The translations under genes and the position numbers were made by a program. Source: Eledone cirrhosa (taxonomy: Eukaryota). From it: a stretch of DNA of 64,000 nucleotides. Of the stretch, positions 1-13,460 are shown one piece after another. Where the stretch lies: positions 91,946,001 to 92,010,000 of the forward strand of contig OZ024746.1 of NCBI GenBank assembly GCA_964016885.1, written 5' to 3'. Positions within the stretch are counted from its first letter, which is position 1, and each line of letters starts with the position of its first letter. The notes under the pieces were generated by a model that saw nothing but the letters and a program-made list of their open reading frames with translations, ran no database searches and was not told the DNA's origin.

Positions 1-1067
1 AACATTTAGTAGGAAGCATTTGATATCGATAACACTGGCTTCATTGAAAATTAATACAGAAAAATGTGAGCTAAAAAAATTCTTAATGCCTTCATGAATA
101 CTTCAGAAATAATTCTTAAATCACATGAAAATATCTACAGGGGATATTTATTGTAGTTTTGCACCTTCGTGCCGTCTGGGGAGATTGTGCCCCACGATAA
201 TTCGGAAAACTGGTTCTTCTAATAGACTGATTTCTATGTAGAAAAGGAAATATATAATTAAATTGAAGCCTAAACTGACACAATACTACTTTCACATCAA
301 CTAGATCTTCCTTACCGTTCCTCCTAATTTTGTTTTTACTTTTCTTTTTCATTTTTATAACATCTTCATTTTCTCTTTTAATCTAAACATTTCTCTGTTT
401 TATTGTCTTATTTCCTAATAAACTCCAATTAATATTTTAAAAATCGGTAAATACAAGAATAAGGAGGACACGAAAATATAAGAAATGCTGGTGAAATTAA
501 GGCTGGTGAAACAGTGTATTGTGGCTGCTGGAGGGGGATCCATTAGCATTGAAGTTGTTGCTTTCGGGTGAAAGGGATAATATGTGCTACTGTATCAAAT
601 ATCTACGCTTCAATAAAGGAAGTAGTGTGTGTAAAATGATACAGAATAGAAATTTATGGGTGGTAATTTCTGTTTGCTCTTTAGAGAAGTATTGCGATGG
701 TTCTATCGCTTCAACAAACATTGTTTCTTCCGGCTGAAGGAGAGAACTTACTTGGATGGAACATTCTTTTCCAACGGAATGATAATTCAGGAAGTTAATC
801 TCGGATTCAGCATTTGAGAATCTCAGAAGCAAATTTAGCTACATTGTTTACGGCAAATTTGTTCTCTTTCCTAGCCTAATCGACATATGAAACACTATAT
901 AAATATTTCTTGTTCATTTTAGTTTTCTCGTTTTTTTTTCTTTTTTATATTTAAATCCCTACATCACATTTTTACTTTCGTAAATGCTTCTTATCTTAAT
1001 AATCCCTCAGCGCCCTCATCTTTACATAGTAATCACTAAAGTTCAATCCCCTCTTAAGACTAAACTT

Positions 1068-1230
<163 letters not shown>

Positions 1231-1320
1231 ACGTATGCAAAAGGCAAACAGAAATAACAAACGACTCAGTTCAATAAAGAAATATATTAGTTTTACGTTT
1301 GATATAGTAGGAAAATAGTC

Positions 1321-1360
1321 TGTCTTAACGTTTCGGACATTAGTCGTTCATCAGAACATA
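1321..1360 (-). ncRNA. Minimal type I hammerhead ribozyme motif (Penelope pLTR-like), slightly degenerate
   Basis: Minus strand reads TGTT-CTGATGA-A-cGAC-taat-GTCc-GAAA-CGTT-AA-GACA: conserved core, short stem II, palindromic AACGTT helix III. Confidence 0.55.
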
Positions 1361-1469
1361 GAATGAAGAATTAAAGAAGAAATAGAAATATTAAGACGGG
1401 CAGGGCGGAAAACATATTTTTAGAGAAAAATAACAGGTCCATTGATGTTGCCATTTCTTGAAAAACTGT

Positions 1470-1690
1470 TGATGTCTCAGGAAAGAATCACTGAATAGAT
1501 TTTACAGACAAAATCAATCGGCAGGAGACCCGGAGGGTAGACCCCGAGCAAGATAGTTGGATAATATCTATGAGCTTGGCAGGTCATTCTTGGGGATCCA
1601 GCCGGATCGATTGAAGACGGTTGCATCTGACACGCTGGACAGAGTGTTTGAGGACTCGGTTCTCATGATCCTTCTAGGAATAAGTGCATG
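1470..1690 (+). mobile_element. 3' end fragment of an RTE-clade LINE
   Basis: Homologous by eye to the minus-strand copies at 21525-21935, 38430-38975 and 62640-62780. Confidence 0.7.
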
Positions 1691-1840
<150 letters not shown>

Positions 1841-2389
1841 AACAAATTACTTTGCTTTTCTTCTTAAACTCTTTTTTTAAATAAGACATTGAAGGTGATG
1901 TGAAAAATATTGAACTTCTGGTGAACTTTTTGGGGTGGAATTTTACTGGGGCGGATATTTCTATTGCCTACTCCAAGCCTATCTGTACAAAAATGGTGGT
2001 TCTAGCGTTTTGTGTTTTCCATTGAAAGGCTTAACTTCTGTTTCTTTAATGTTAACCTCCTTAAATGAGTTGCTTTCTCTTCTATATTCCTTTCCATCTA
2101 CCAGCAATCTATATCCGTTTTAGAGCAGGAAAGGGTTTGATGTCAGCATCACAAACTAATGAAACGCGACAAGCATTAAAAAAGTTAGCCAGAAATATAT
2201 TTATAATGTGAGTACAAAAAACAAAATAATGTTAGTCGATGACTTATTTTTTAATGTTATTTTAGCAACTACGGGAGACAACTTCAAACATGTTCTGATC
2301 ATATTATGACCTCATCAATGAAGCTTAAACTTCATTGTTCTTGCTGGAGTAGTAATTAATCAATAAGTATCTAAACATTATTGTACACA

Positions 2390-2555
2390 GTTACGCCCCT
2401 TTATGATCTGAGTTCAAATCCTGCCGAGGTTAACTTTGCTTTTCATCCTTATGGGGTCGATAAAATAAAGTACCAGTCTCGCACTGAAGTCGATTTAATC
2501 GACTTTCCCCTCTGCCCCAATTTATGGTCTTGTGCCTATATAAGAAACCATTATT
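2390..2555 (+). mobile_element. tRNA-derived SINE, family A (Meta-domain-like core), 5'-truncated
   Basis: B box GAGTTCAAATCC followed by CTTTTCATCCTTATGGGGTCGATAAAATAAAGTACCAG, shared with many copies in the window. Confidence 0.85.
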
Positions 2556-2719
2556 CTACACAGTATTGTACATAAAAGCGTAAACTTGTTTAGAGTGATA
2601 AACTACGTTGATTACTCTGCGACCGCTACTCGCACGAGCTTTGATCGAACAGTTCTATGATCAAAGACGTTTCAATCATACCCATCACATCTATTTGTTT
2701 TAGAAAGACATGTCACCAT

Positions 2720-3766
2720 CTTTAGATCATTTAATTGACTAGTGATACCGATTAAAAATTCCAAACGGCATAAATATTTTTGGTTCTCTAATCCATTATA
2801 AGAATACCTTTACCATTCTTGAAAACTTCCAGCTCATCTTCCGTTTCTTAACAAACCTCACAGTAGTACAATATATTGCCATAATCAACTTCGGGATCCT
2901 TCAAAATCCCTTTAAATTCCCTGTTGACCAATCCCTTATTTTATAAAGTTAATACACTTTCGTCTCATTGTACATTTTTACAAAATGAAAGCACGTTTTG
3001 TTGGTAAAGAAGCAATGGTAGACTATTCAGGTATTAGAACCCAGTTGGCAGATTTTCAATTCTTTCTTGATGAAAGAAACAAATATTTTTTGAGAATTTA
3101 TTATAGATAGAGCACCATCCGAAACTACACCACAAAGGTGCAGAGTAAATCAAATCTCTTCTTGTTTATTTAACTTAAGAAATATTCACATCTGATAGTC
3201 CCATCTATCAATTTTAAAACAAGTAAACTTTACAGTTATCCCCCTTACCAATATAATCAACAGTGCTGTAATTACCATTTCTCTTGTCCCATCTACAGCT
3301 ATTGGATACGAATACAACAAATTCCTATGTTGGTTATTTTCAGTACTATTAGTCATATTAGAAATTGGTCAGGCATTGTTCTTTCTAATAAACTAATATT
3401 CTCAAAGATTCTGATAGTTTTTCAGGCAGCAGCAACTGAAATAATCTTTAACGAATTTGCCTTCACAGTATAATTTAATTTTTTTAATTAACACACACAA
3501 TCTATAAGTTGCTTGCGTTCCGGAAGTAATTTCATTTAATGTTTCATGGAAATAAACTGTTCTTTTCAGAAAGATGTTTTTTAAATGCTAGCTTGCCTAA
3601 ACACTTCATTTGCTTAGTCAAATAGCAGTGTTTAAGTTTGTAATTTTTTATAAACTGTTAATAACTAAAAATCACTTTCCATTTACTTCTATGAAAAAAA
3701 AAATCTATTTGTTCATTTGAATAAAATCATTATTGCCGGTAACTTTCTTTTATTGGAAACAGCCAT
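2720..3766 (-). pseudogene. Decayed hAT-superfamily transposase (Charlie/SPIN/GTF2IRD2-like)
   Basis: Manual minus-strand translation gives colinear motifs: MAVSNKRK..FFFIEVNGK, QATYRLCVLI..EGKFVKD, IAVDGTRE..LIILVRGI (cf. DESTD), GVVSDGALSI (cf. TDGAPSM), IVYHCFF (cf. HCIIHQ), KGLVNREFKGILKDPEVDYGNILYYCEV. Many stops and frameshifts. Confidence 0.85.
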
Positions 3767-4593
3767 TACAAAAATGATTACTTTTATATAATTTACATTA
3801 GTTTAAAGATATTTAATAAACATAAGTAAATAAACCACTAAATTTTAATTGTTTGTTACAAATGCCTTATGGTATTTAGTTAAGTCCATTTACGTTCCAA
3901 GTCCAAATGTCAGTGGGGTCAAATTTGCCTTTCATCCTTTTGTGATTGTTGTTGTTTATAGCCAAGTCTATGATCTAACAGAATTATGTTCAAAGGCGTT
4001 GCAGCCGTAACTCGTAGTTTGAGGGAATTTGGATGCTATTTCTAGCAAGTTCGAGCCCTCATATAGAACATTTCTTAAAATAAGTACCATCCACATAACG
4101 AGGTCGGTAAAATTAACTGCTGCCATTCCTCGTCAAAATATGTGACCATGTCCCAATGTCAGAAATCATTGATATATATCGTAAACATTTCGTCAAAACT
4201 ATACAAATATGATCGCCATAACAACTAGTATTACAACCACAGGATTATGAGAGGAGCGTCTACGTGGATATTCGACTTCCTAAAAATAGCAGCCAAATCT
4301 CTCTCAAACCACACACACTATATATATATCAACATGATCATCATGGCAACTACTATTATGAGACGAAATTCGACGTGGTTAATCCACCTGCTTGAAATAA
4401 TATCCCAATTTACCTCAAACCACTCATTTACCACTCTATAAACATACAAGCTCGATTGTCCTACGTAGAATTCCAGAAAAAACGACAACATTGCAAAGTC
4501 TGCAATTATCTTTGATCGTATATCTGTCTTGTCTCTCAGAGTTAATCAGAGACTGAATGACACCACCACCACCAACACTACCACCACCACCTT

Positions 4594-4742
4594 GTACAAC
4601 AGAACACTCTAACGACAGCCAAGTCTCGTACAACAGAGCACGCTATTTAACTACAGCCAAGTCTCGTTCAACAGAACACTCTATCTAACTACAGCCAAGT
4701 CTCGTACAACAGAACACTCTAACTACAGCTAAGTCTCGTACA
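4594..4742. repeat. Four-copy 34/38-bp tandem repeat
   Basis: Unit GTACAACAGAACACTCTA(TCTA)ACTACAGCCAAGTCTC. Confidence 0.9.
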
Positions 4743-4903
4743 TATATATATATAATATTGCCAGAAATAATTACAGAGCACACTCACTGTTTGGTTGGTT
4801 TTCGCTTCTGTATCTTTTATATCTCCATAGTTAATTTATTTGGCAATCAACGTTTAGCATTGATTGACCAACGGTTAAAAATACAGATATGAATATATAT
4901 AGT

Positions 4904-4949
4904 CTATCAAAGTTCTTTCGTTGCACATCTGCAACATCATCAGTGGTAC
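4904..4949 (-). ncRNA. Minimal hammerhead ribozyme motif within a pLTR-like element (about 4755-4960)
   Basis: Minus: gtacca-CTGATGA-T-GTTGCA-gatg-TGCAAC-GAAA-GAAC-T-T-tgatag; perfect 6-bp stem II, partly decayed stem I; flanks resemble the 53703-53850 element. Confidence 0.65.
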
Positions 4950-6732
4950 TATTATGTTTCCTCCTGTTGTAGTGTATATCTACGCCATTTCACTCCATAT
5001 GCTACATGGCTTTCACTCCACATGCTACGTAAAGTATTGGCAAAAGTGTTAGTGTATTTAAAGGGAGTGATCTGTGTAATACTGATCTTTGACAAATATT
5101 AAAACCCTATTAAAATATTTGACAATTCATATTATGAGGTATACCTCTGTGATCATGTAGTTCCCAGCCACCATAGTGTTTTCACCCATGATAATCAGAG
5201 ACAGATCTGATACATCTGACGATAGCTTATCTGATTTTAATATAAAGTGCTCCTAGTTCAGGACCCCTCCCCCCTTCATGTGGTGCCCATGGCACGTGCC
5301 ATGCTCTAGATACGTCTCTGCTCACAAGCTATTAGAGTGTAGTCTTTCAATTTAACCAATCATACATTTCACCTCTGAGGTAAAACTATGGAGCCTCTAG
5401 TGGTCGTCAAACCTGCTAGAAATATCAGCTAAACCTCATTGAAATAACTCCCAACTATCTTTAAGAGAAATGAAATGGCATATTAGATAAGGTAGTTCTA
5501 GATACACCATGTTTGAAAATAAAGCTCCTGTTACTCTTTATCTACTTAATTATGATTTCACTGAGGTTACACAACGACACAAACAACGGTAGATGAACAT
5601 TATCTAATTGAGGTGACATGCGGTTGAAATAATGGAGAAATAATATGGTGCTATCAAGAACAAGTCATTAATATATTCTTTGACTGTAAATTGTCTGTAG
5701 ACGTTAGGATATCATTTTAATATTTATCTTTTATTTGGGGCATTTAGAATATTAAACTAATTATGTGTTCGTTATGAGAAAGTCGTTCTTTTTATCTTCC
5801 TTGTAACAAGTTCTAAGTAAATTTTCCATGATACCAGTTCGTCTCAAGTAGCATGCTCTACGTTTAACATTTGAAGACGATGTCGGAAGACTAAATGATT
5901 CTGTGAGTATTTATTTGAGCATCATGAAAGAATCTCATTTACAATTTATCGCAGACATATGAAATGTTGAAAATGTGATTATTCTAACTTATCAGAATAT
6001 TGCAATACACAACCAAAACTTTGAATTGTATCTAAAGCCCCAACAAGAATATAATTATTTTGAGAGCAAAGGAAATTAATTATTAAATCCAACCAATGGA
6101 ATTAAATCAAAATATTAGCTAGTGGTAACAATTCAGTTTACAAAAGATGATAATTACACAGACAACTTTGCTTTATTCAGTCTTTTAATGGAAACATGCG
6201 AATTTAATTAAAAAGTGAGAAACGCTGTCAATTCTAGATGTTTGGTGAAATAATTGTTAACTTTGATGATACCCGCAGAAATAAACTATCAAATGCTGAT
6301 AGTAATTAATAACCCGAAATATTTATCAATTTGGCTATTGTAGGATTTTTCCAGCTTGAAGCAAAATTCTGAAATATCGAACCATATTTCAAATTGTTGC
6401 CAATTCTTTGTTTGTTTTGGGTTTTGGTTTTTAATTATCTTAATTAAAAGTTAATGAAATATTAATTTTTCTCACGCGTGTGAAATAAAGAGAAACATCA
6501 AATATCTGTATATTATTCTATTTCACAATTCTTACCGTTATCCATCAATTGGATACTTTCATTAATCAAGTTCATGACATTTTAATAAGATTTCTTCCAC
6601 TATCGTGGTGTCACGAGTTGTGTACTGCCTGTAGAGGTTTTACACGTGACTGTGAATTATTCTCAAAGAACACATATGTACATAATTGAAACTGTACATA
6701 CACATGCAGACACGCACACATACACACACATG

Positions 6733-6779
<47 letters not shown>

Positions 6780-6790
6780 TACATTATAAT

Positions 6791-6834
6791 TTGATTTACA
6801 ATTGTTTCTTCCTCGTGGGGCTCATCCGAATCAA
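6791..6834 (-). ncRNA. Degenerate hammerhead motif next to (TA)n
   Basis: Minus: TTGATT-CGGATGA-gcccc-acga-ggaa-GAAA-CAATTG-T-A-AATCAA; perfect 6-bp stem I, palindromic helix III, one core substitution. Confidence 0.5.
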
Positions 6835-7057
6835 TCATTTTATAAATAAATACATCAAAGATCATCGTTTCGAACGTATAAAAGTCCATAGATTTTGGTT
6901 ACATTTTACAAAACTGCATGAGTATATATATATATATATATATAAACATATAAACACACACAAACGTTTGTCTGTCTGTATGTGTCTGTATATATGTGTA
7001 TGTCTATATGTGTATGTATGTATATATGTATGTGTGTGTATGTATGTATACATGTGT

Positions 7058-7134
<77 letters not shown>

Positions 7135-7193
7135 CGTATGTTAGGAGAGAACAAGCTGAAACCGCAATGCAAGCGGTCGGGGTTCTAACTCTT

Positions 7194-7253
<60 letters not shown>

Positions 7254-7276
7254 TGATTGTAAAGCGAACCTCTTAA

Positions 7277-7318
<42 letters not shown>

Positions 7319-7330
7319 ACACACGCACAT

Positions 7331-7590
7331 CAGTGGCGAAGGGTAACCTGGAAAGCAGGGCATGCAGTCCAATCGCCGAAAGTGGGGCTGTGCAGCCTTA
7401 CCCCCCCCCCTCAATTCCCTCTAAATTCCCTCTAAATAACCCTCCCGGTCAAAGTTATCTAATGTGTGTGTGTGTGTTATCTTTTTATGTGTCTATACGT
7501 TTTAGTAAGCAGCCAAAATTCTGCTTGCTTCAACGGACGCAATTGATCAACTCAAGATTCTATAACGCATGCACGGACCCTTCGCCCCTG
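7331..7590. mobile_element. hAT-like MITE inserted in a (CA)n tract
   Basis: 14-bp TIRs CAGTGGCGAAGGGT / ACCCTTCGCCCCTG (1 mismatch); imperfect 8-bp flanks ACGCACAT/ACACACAC. Confidence 0.7.
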
Positions 7591-7624
7591 ACACACACAC
7601 ATTTATACATAAATAACTATATGC

Positions 7625-7657
<33 letters not shown>

Positions 7658-8337
7658 CAAATATAAATTAGCGAGAATAGTATTTCGGCTTAGGAATTAA
7701 CGAAAAACAACTTCCGAGATGTGTGGCAAGCGCTCAATGATTCAGATGAACCAGAGCTACAACATACGTTAAAGGCCAAACACACTGAGACGATATTTTT
7801 CAATATTCTTTTAAATATTTTTTTTTTTATATTTTCTCAAGATTAATAACCGCTAACTGATTCTGGCTAAATGTATCTTAAACATCCATACTTATTTTGA
7901 CTAAATAGTCTCACACTAACGAATAAATAAATAAAACCGGAGTTTTTTTCTTTATCTTCCCTTTTCAATCATATAAATATAAATATTCTTACTTAACTCA
8001 GTTAATTTAATTTAATTTAATTTAATTTAATTTTAAATCATTCTCAATTTTAAATACATATTTATTTACATAAAATACAAAACCAATATCCCTCATAACT
8101 CATTAGAACAACTATCTATAACATGATATACCCATCTATTTATTTATTTATTTATTTATTTATCTACTTATAACAGAAGAAAAATATTATATTATAAACA
8201 AATTTTAAACAACTAATAATCGTAAAATATCCCTTTAATATATATATTTACATATATACATAGATAATTGTTCGAATATATTTCCCACAAATTAACGTTA
8301 TATGAGTTTTTTTACTCATCTTCGCTTTTTTCCTTCT

Positions 8338-8411
<74 letters not shown>

Positions 8412-8587
8412 ATTTTGTCCTTCTCTTGTCTCTTCTCTCTCCCCATAGTCGTTTAAATAAACAGTTGTTTTTCAATTATTTACATATTCATTTGCATATT
8501 CACCCATAAGTTTGAAAAATCCCTAATACATTTCCACTATCCAGAGAATATCCAACTGATAAGGTATGATTTTCCTGGGTATGTCTC

Positions 8588-8807
8588 TATTTATAAAACA
8601 AACTTTGTATTTTATCTGAAGAAAGCGTATCAAAGTGTTTTGGTACCCTTGAAATATATATAATAAAATAAATATGGTTTTATAAATATAGTTTCCATTT
8701 ATTTAATATCATTGAATATTTACTCCAGGAACTTGTTGAGTGCTCTAAATCAGTTATAAGCATTTATATTTGTCGGATTTCCAACAAATTAAATACCCCT
8801 CCTACTT
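8588..8807 (+). mobile_element. About 220-bp hammerhead-bearing short element ending at (TA)n, copy 1
   Basis: Aligns over its whole length with the reverse complement of 53360-53578. Confidence 0.85.
8608..8670 (+). ncRNA. Complete type I hammerhead ribozyme motif
   Basis: TATTTTAT-CTGAAGA-AAGcGTATCAAA-gtgt-TTTGGTACcCTT-GAAA-TATATA-T-A^ATAAAATA; 8-bp stem I, long stem II, palindromic helix III, AUA cleavage triplet. Confidence 0.8.
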
Positions 8808-8851
8808 ATATATATATATAAACAGACATCTGCACACACAAACATACATAG

Positions 8852-8942
<91 letters not shown>

Positions 8943-9569
8943 TATACACGTGTGTGTGTGTGAGCGTGAGTCGCTTAAAATACTGTAGTATTTAAAATAT
9001 TCAAACATTAATTGATTTTTCATTGAATAATTATAAATAAATATATGGTAATAGTTACTATAAAAGAAACAGCGTCTTTGAAATGGTTGCATCTTGTTGG
9101 TTTTCAAATAATCTACAGCAGATGTTTTATCTTTTGTTGTCATTTCGGACAGTTATCGTAAACTTCAGACGTTATTACAACAAAGTTAAAACACTGAAAA
9201 TCTGGAACATTCTTTTCTGATAAAATCCTTTGATCTCACATTTGTGCCACTATAATCTTTACTGCTTACTTATGTGTTGAGTCATTATATTTTCATTACA
9301 TATTATCAACTTCTACTTTATCTCTGGTAGTAATTCCAATTTTTCTTTATCTTAGTATTCGTTACTGCCGCTGCTTATTTATTACAAAGCTCATTAACTT
9401 TCCTATTTTAACCCTTTCGTTTAGTATATTTTTAACGAAAGACACTGCCATGGTTTCCAAACCGTAATTGTCAAAGAGAATCAATGACAAAATCTGTGAG
9501 GATGTTAAACCTTTTGAACAGTAAGTGTAATCCATCTGAATGTGTGAACAGTCACCTCTCCTGTTCATT

Positions 9570-9920
9570 ATTTTTTTATGAACAGGACTGACATGCGCAA
9601 CCGGGTTGGAAGTGGTATCATGATTGGCAAGTGTAGAATCAGTCGGCTGGAATTTGCAGACGACATGGTGTTACTTAACTCGACAAAGATTCGTCCTCTC
9701 AAGGAAGCCTGCGCAGTGCAATCTACATGTGAATAGAGTTCCACTGAAGCTGGTAGAGACGTTCAAGTATCTCTGTGTCATGTTCACGAGTGATGGAAGG
9801 CAAAAGCTGAATTACATGCAAGAATTACAGGAGCTGGTATACTAATGTGCCAGTTTCAGCATTCGGTAATCAGAAGAAGGGAGGTAAGTTTAAAAGCCAA
9901 ACTTGCTATCGTTAATTTCG
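9570..9920 (+). mobile_element. RTE-like reverse transcriptase fragment
   Basis: Translates to ..GIMIGKCRISRLEFADDMVLL.. and VETFKYL. Confidence 0.7.
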
Positions 9921-9929
9921 TTCATAACT

Positions 9930-10360
9930 TGTCCGTCTAGTAATTCAATTCCTTCCATCTCATCATCCCTACCTCACTTCAGTAGTAGCACCCAACACTT
10001 ATTTATGCCAAATTCCATTCCTATGTCCGTACTGAATGTATGAACTGTCTGTACAAGGGAATCAATCTGTTCACAGGATTTCCCATAAAGCTTTAGGTCA
10101 TCCATGAACAGCAAGTGGTTTATCTTAAACTCACATCCCCACTTGTACCCAGCCTTTGACCTTCTCAACACTAATGAAAGTGGAATCATACACAGTACAA
10201 ACAGCAAAGGTGAAAGACTCTCCCTGAAATATTCCTCTCTTAATCTTCACAACTCCCAATGTTTGTCTGCATGATGTCAGCTCAGTCTTCCAACCTCACC
10301 AGAATACTGCTCACCAGAAACTGTCTAACGTTAGCTGCAATATCAAACATTTCCAAACAA
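9930..10360 (-). mobile_element. R4-clade LINE reverse transcriptase fragment
   Basis: ORF 9974-10207: LFVLCMIPLSLVL..INHLLFMDDLKLYGK..DIGMEFGINKC. Confidence 0.85.
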
Positions 10361-10375
10361 TAATAACAACAACAA

Positions 10376-10420
<45 letters not shown>

Positions 10421-10421
<1 letters not shown>

Positions 10422-11262
10422 TGCATTTATCTTGCTTTATGTTTATACGAGTTATCACCAAGTCACAACCAGTGACCTCAAGAGACAACAAGGTCCGCCA
10501 TGTTCAAGAAAGAACACACATATTCACACATGCATCCTTAGTGTTTAGACTTGTGATGTACTTATATTGACAGGATCTTCCTTAGTATATGGGCAGTTCC
10601 CATTAGTACTATCTTTTGTATTTCTCCTATACGCGGGTTTCCTGGGATTTGCGATAAGTAATCATTAGACCCCTTAGGTATCATTCCCAGAGCGCCTACA
10701 ACCACTGGTATTGTTTTAGTTCTCAATTTCCACATTTTTCCAATTTCTATCTCCAGGTCTTTATACTTGCTCAATTTTTCAAATGTTTTTATAGATACAT
10801 TCTTGTCTATTGGAACAGACATATCAATTAGCAGGCATACCCTCCTTTGAAAGTCCTTCAATATTATATCAGGTCTATTTGCATCTATTTTTCGGTCTGT
10901 TTGGATGCTAAAGTTCCACAAGATTGAGATGTGATCTTTTTCAAGTATGGGAGGTGGTTGATGCTCCCACCAATTCTTTTGATGGGGCAGGTCAAAATGC
11001 TTACACATTATCCAATGTATGTATTGTGCAGCTCTGTCATGCCTGTTTAGGTATTCGGTTGGAGCTATAGGACTGCACATTGAAATTATATGGTCAATGG
11101 TCTCTGGTTGTTTTTTGCATACACGGCATAATGGGCTGCACCCATTTTTTATTATGTTGGCTTGGTAATTTTTTGTTGGCAGACACTGATCTTGTGCTGA
11201 TATAATCAGTCCTTCAGTCTCCGATTTCAGTCCAGAGGATGCCAACCACTGATGGGTTAAAG

Positions 11263-11265
<3 letters not shown>
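10421..11265 (-). mobile_element. 5'-truncated R4/Dong-like LINE (family A) with an open CCHC + RLE endonuclease frame and 3' UTR
   Basis: ORF 10562-11245: CRVC..ETIDHIISMC, RHD, NRPDII..IDMSVP..EKLSKYKDL; (TAA)n on both sides. Confidence 0.92.
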
Positions 11266-11355
<90 letters not shown>

Positions 11356-11356
<1 letters not shown>

Positions 11357-11678
11357 CTTGAATCTCAGTCATTGATGTTGGTTAACTGGAAAGTCCGTTG
11401 GATTGAATATCAAGCCACTACCTGCAGCCTCAGATATTCAAGACGTATCGGAGGGTTCTTGCCGTTCCAAGCAAGCATGCCTTTTGAAGCGTTCCAAAAA
11501 GCGTGAAGGGGCCGATTTTCTTTAACCATCCCTGGAAACCTTTGGAGATAGTCCCCAGTGCGCCTATGACAATCGGGATCACTTTGACTTCATGGCAGTT
11601 CCAAATCCTTTTCACCTCCCACTTTAGGTCCTGGTATCGGTTAATTTTCTCCCTCTCCTTCTCTTGCACTCTCGTGCA

Positions 11679-11679
<1 letters not shown>
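11356..11679 (-). mobile_element. Short 5'-truncated R4/Dong-like LINE (family B)
   Basis: ORF 11430-11669: EREKINRYQDLKWE..IPIVIGALG; 3' UTR shared with 11738-12309; (TAA)n flanks. Confidence 0.9.
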
Positions 11680-11726
<47 letters not shown>

Positions 11727-11737
11727 GTTGTTGTTGT

Positions 11738-12309
11738 TCTTTGAGTCTCAGTCATTGATGTTATTTAACTGGAAAGTTTGTTGAAATGAATATCAAGCCG
11801 CTACCTGCAGCCTCAGAGATTCAGGCCGTATCGGAGGGTTCTTGTTGTTCCCAGCAAGCATGCCTTTTGAAGTGTTCTAAAAAGCGGGGCTGGACTAATC
11901 TTCTTTAACCATCCTTGGAAACTCTTTGAGATAGTACCTAGTGCACCTATGACAATCGGGACGACCTTGATTGCATGGCAGTTCCAAATCCTTTTTAACT
12001 CCCACTTTAAATCCTGGTATCGGTTAATTTTCTTCCTCTCCCTTTCTTGCACTCTCGTGTCAAATAGGCAGGTTACATCTACAATCAGGCACCATCTTTT
12101 TTCCTTGTCCAAAATCACCAGGTCAGGCCTATTGTGTTCTAATTTCTTGTCTGTCTGTATCCTAAAATCCCACAACACCTTCACCTGATCGTTTTCTATC
12201 ACCGACTCTGGCTTATGCTCATACCACTTCTCAGAATGTGGTAAATTGTTTAGTTTGCATAGATGCCAGTGGATCACCCTGCCTATCACATCATGTCTCC
12301 AGCCTTTAT
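11738..12309 (-). mobile_element. 5'-truncated R4/Dong-like LINE (family B variant), RLE domain
   Basis: RHDVIGRVIHW..HNRPDLVILDK..IVDVTC..KINRYQDL; (TAA)n flanks. Confidence 0.92.
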
Positions 12310-12340
12310 AGTTATTATTATTATTATTGTTATTATTATT

Positions 12341-13396
12341 TTCTTTCATCATTGTTTCTGAGATATATGCCGAGTGTCTTCCTGACACCTAGGGAAAATA
12401 AATTCACAATGTGCATTGGTAAGCCAGTTAATACAGAACATTGATTGTAATTTAAAAAAAAAAACAAAAAAAACAGAAAAAAATAGTATACATATATACA
12501 CATGTGCATATGCATATGTAAATAATACAAGGAGGGTTATCAATCTTACAGAGATAGTGCTCTTCTCAATACGTGTGCAGTACCAGTCATAACAATTTTT
12601 TGCACCTCGTGCAGAGAGGGTAAACCAGGAACCATTCGCAAATATTGTTCTGTTCCTTTCTTGATCATTCCCAGTCCTCCCACAATCACTGGTATTGTAA
12701 CGGCCTTGAGGTGCCACATTTTCTCAATTTCAATAAGCAGATCTTTATATTTTCGTAGCCTGTCAAATTCTTTTGCCGTGATATTGTGATCACATGGGAT
12801 GCTCATATCTATCAACAAACAGACCTTGTTATGTTGATCTTTTATAATGATGTCAGGTCTATTTCCTTTTATGGTCCTGTCAGTATGTACAGGAAAGTCC
12901 CAGAGAATTGTTACTTTTTCTCCTTCAGCTACAGCCTCAGGGTGATGGTTGTACCACTTGTCTTCAGCTTTGATTTTGTAATGCCGACATATTACCCAGT
13001 GTAGATATTGACCAACTCTGTCATGTCTATATTTGTATTCTACTGGTGCTAAAACTTTACATCCAGAGACTAAGTGATCCACTGTTTCAACCCCAGCATT
13101 GCAGAATCGGCACTTTGGGTTTATTCCGTTTCTCATCACATTGACCTGGCAATTACGAGTCAATAAGCTTTGGTCTTGGGCAGCTAAGATGAAGCCTTCA
13201 CTCTCCGCCTTTAGCCCTGAACTACGTAGCCACTGATGGGTGTGCTTTTGGTCAACTTCAGCTTGTTTTCTACGGGCCACATATTTGCCATGCAGAGGTT
13301 TCTGCTCCCAATTTGATGCTAATTGTCCTTGCCCTTTTGCTTTTGCCAGGGATTTTATGTGCCTAGCAGCATCAATTGCAGCAGTTTCTTTAGTCT
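12341..13396 (-). mobile_element. 5'-truncated R4/Dong-like LINE (family C) with an open CCHC + RLE frame
   Basis: ORF 12546-13280, open upstream to about 13396 (WEQKPLHGKY): CRFC..ETVDHLVSGC, RHD, NRPDII..IDMSIP. Confidence 0.92.
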
Positions 13397-13460
13397 GTCA
13401 AAATGCTTACACATTATCCAATGTATGTATTGTGCAGCTCTGTCATCTCTGTCATGCCTG

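Noticed and set aside
116-850. Possible minus-strand exons (GTAAGG donor near 315, TAG acceptor near 238)
   Set aside because: No recognisable protein and no consistent upstream frame; cannot be supported
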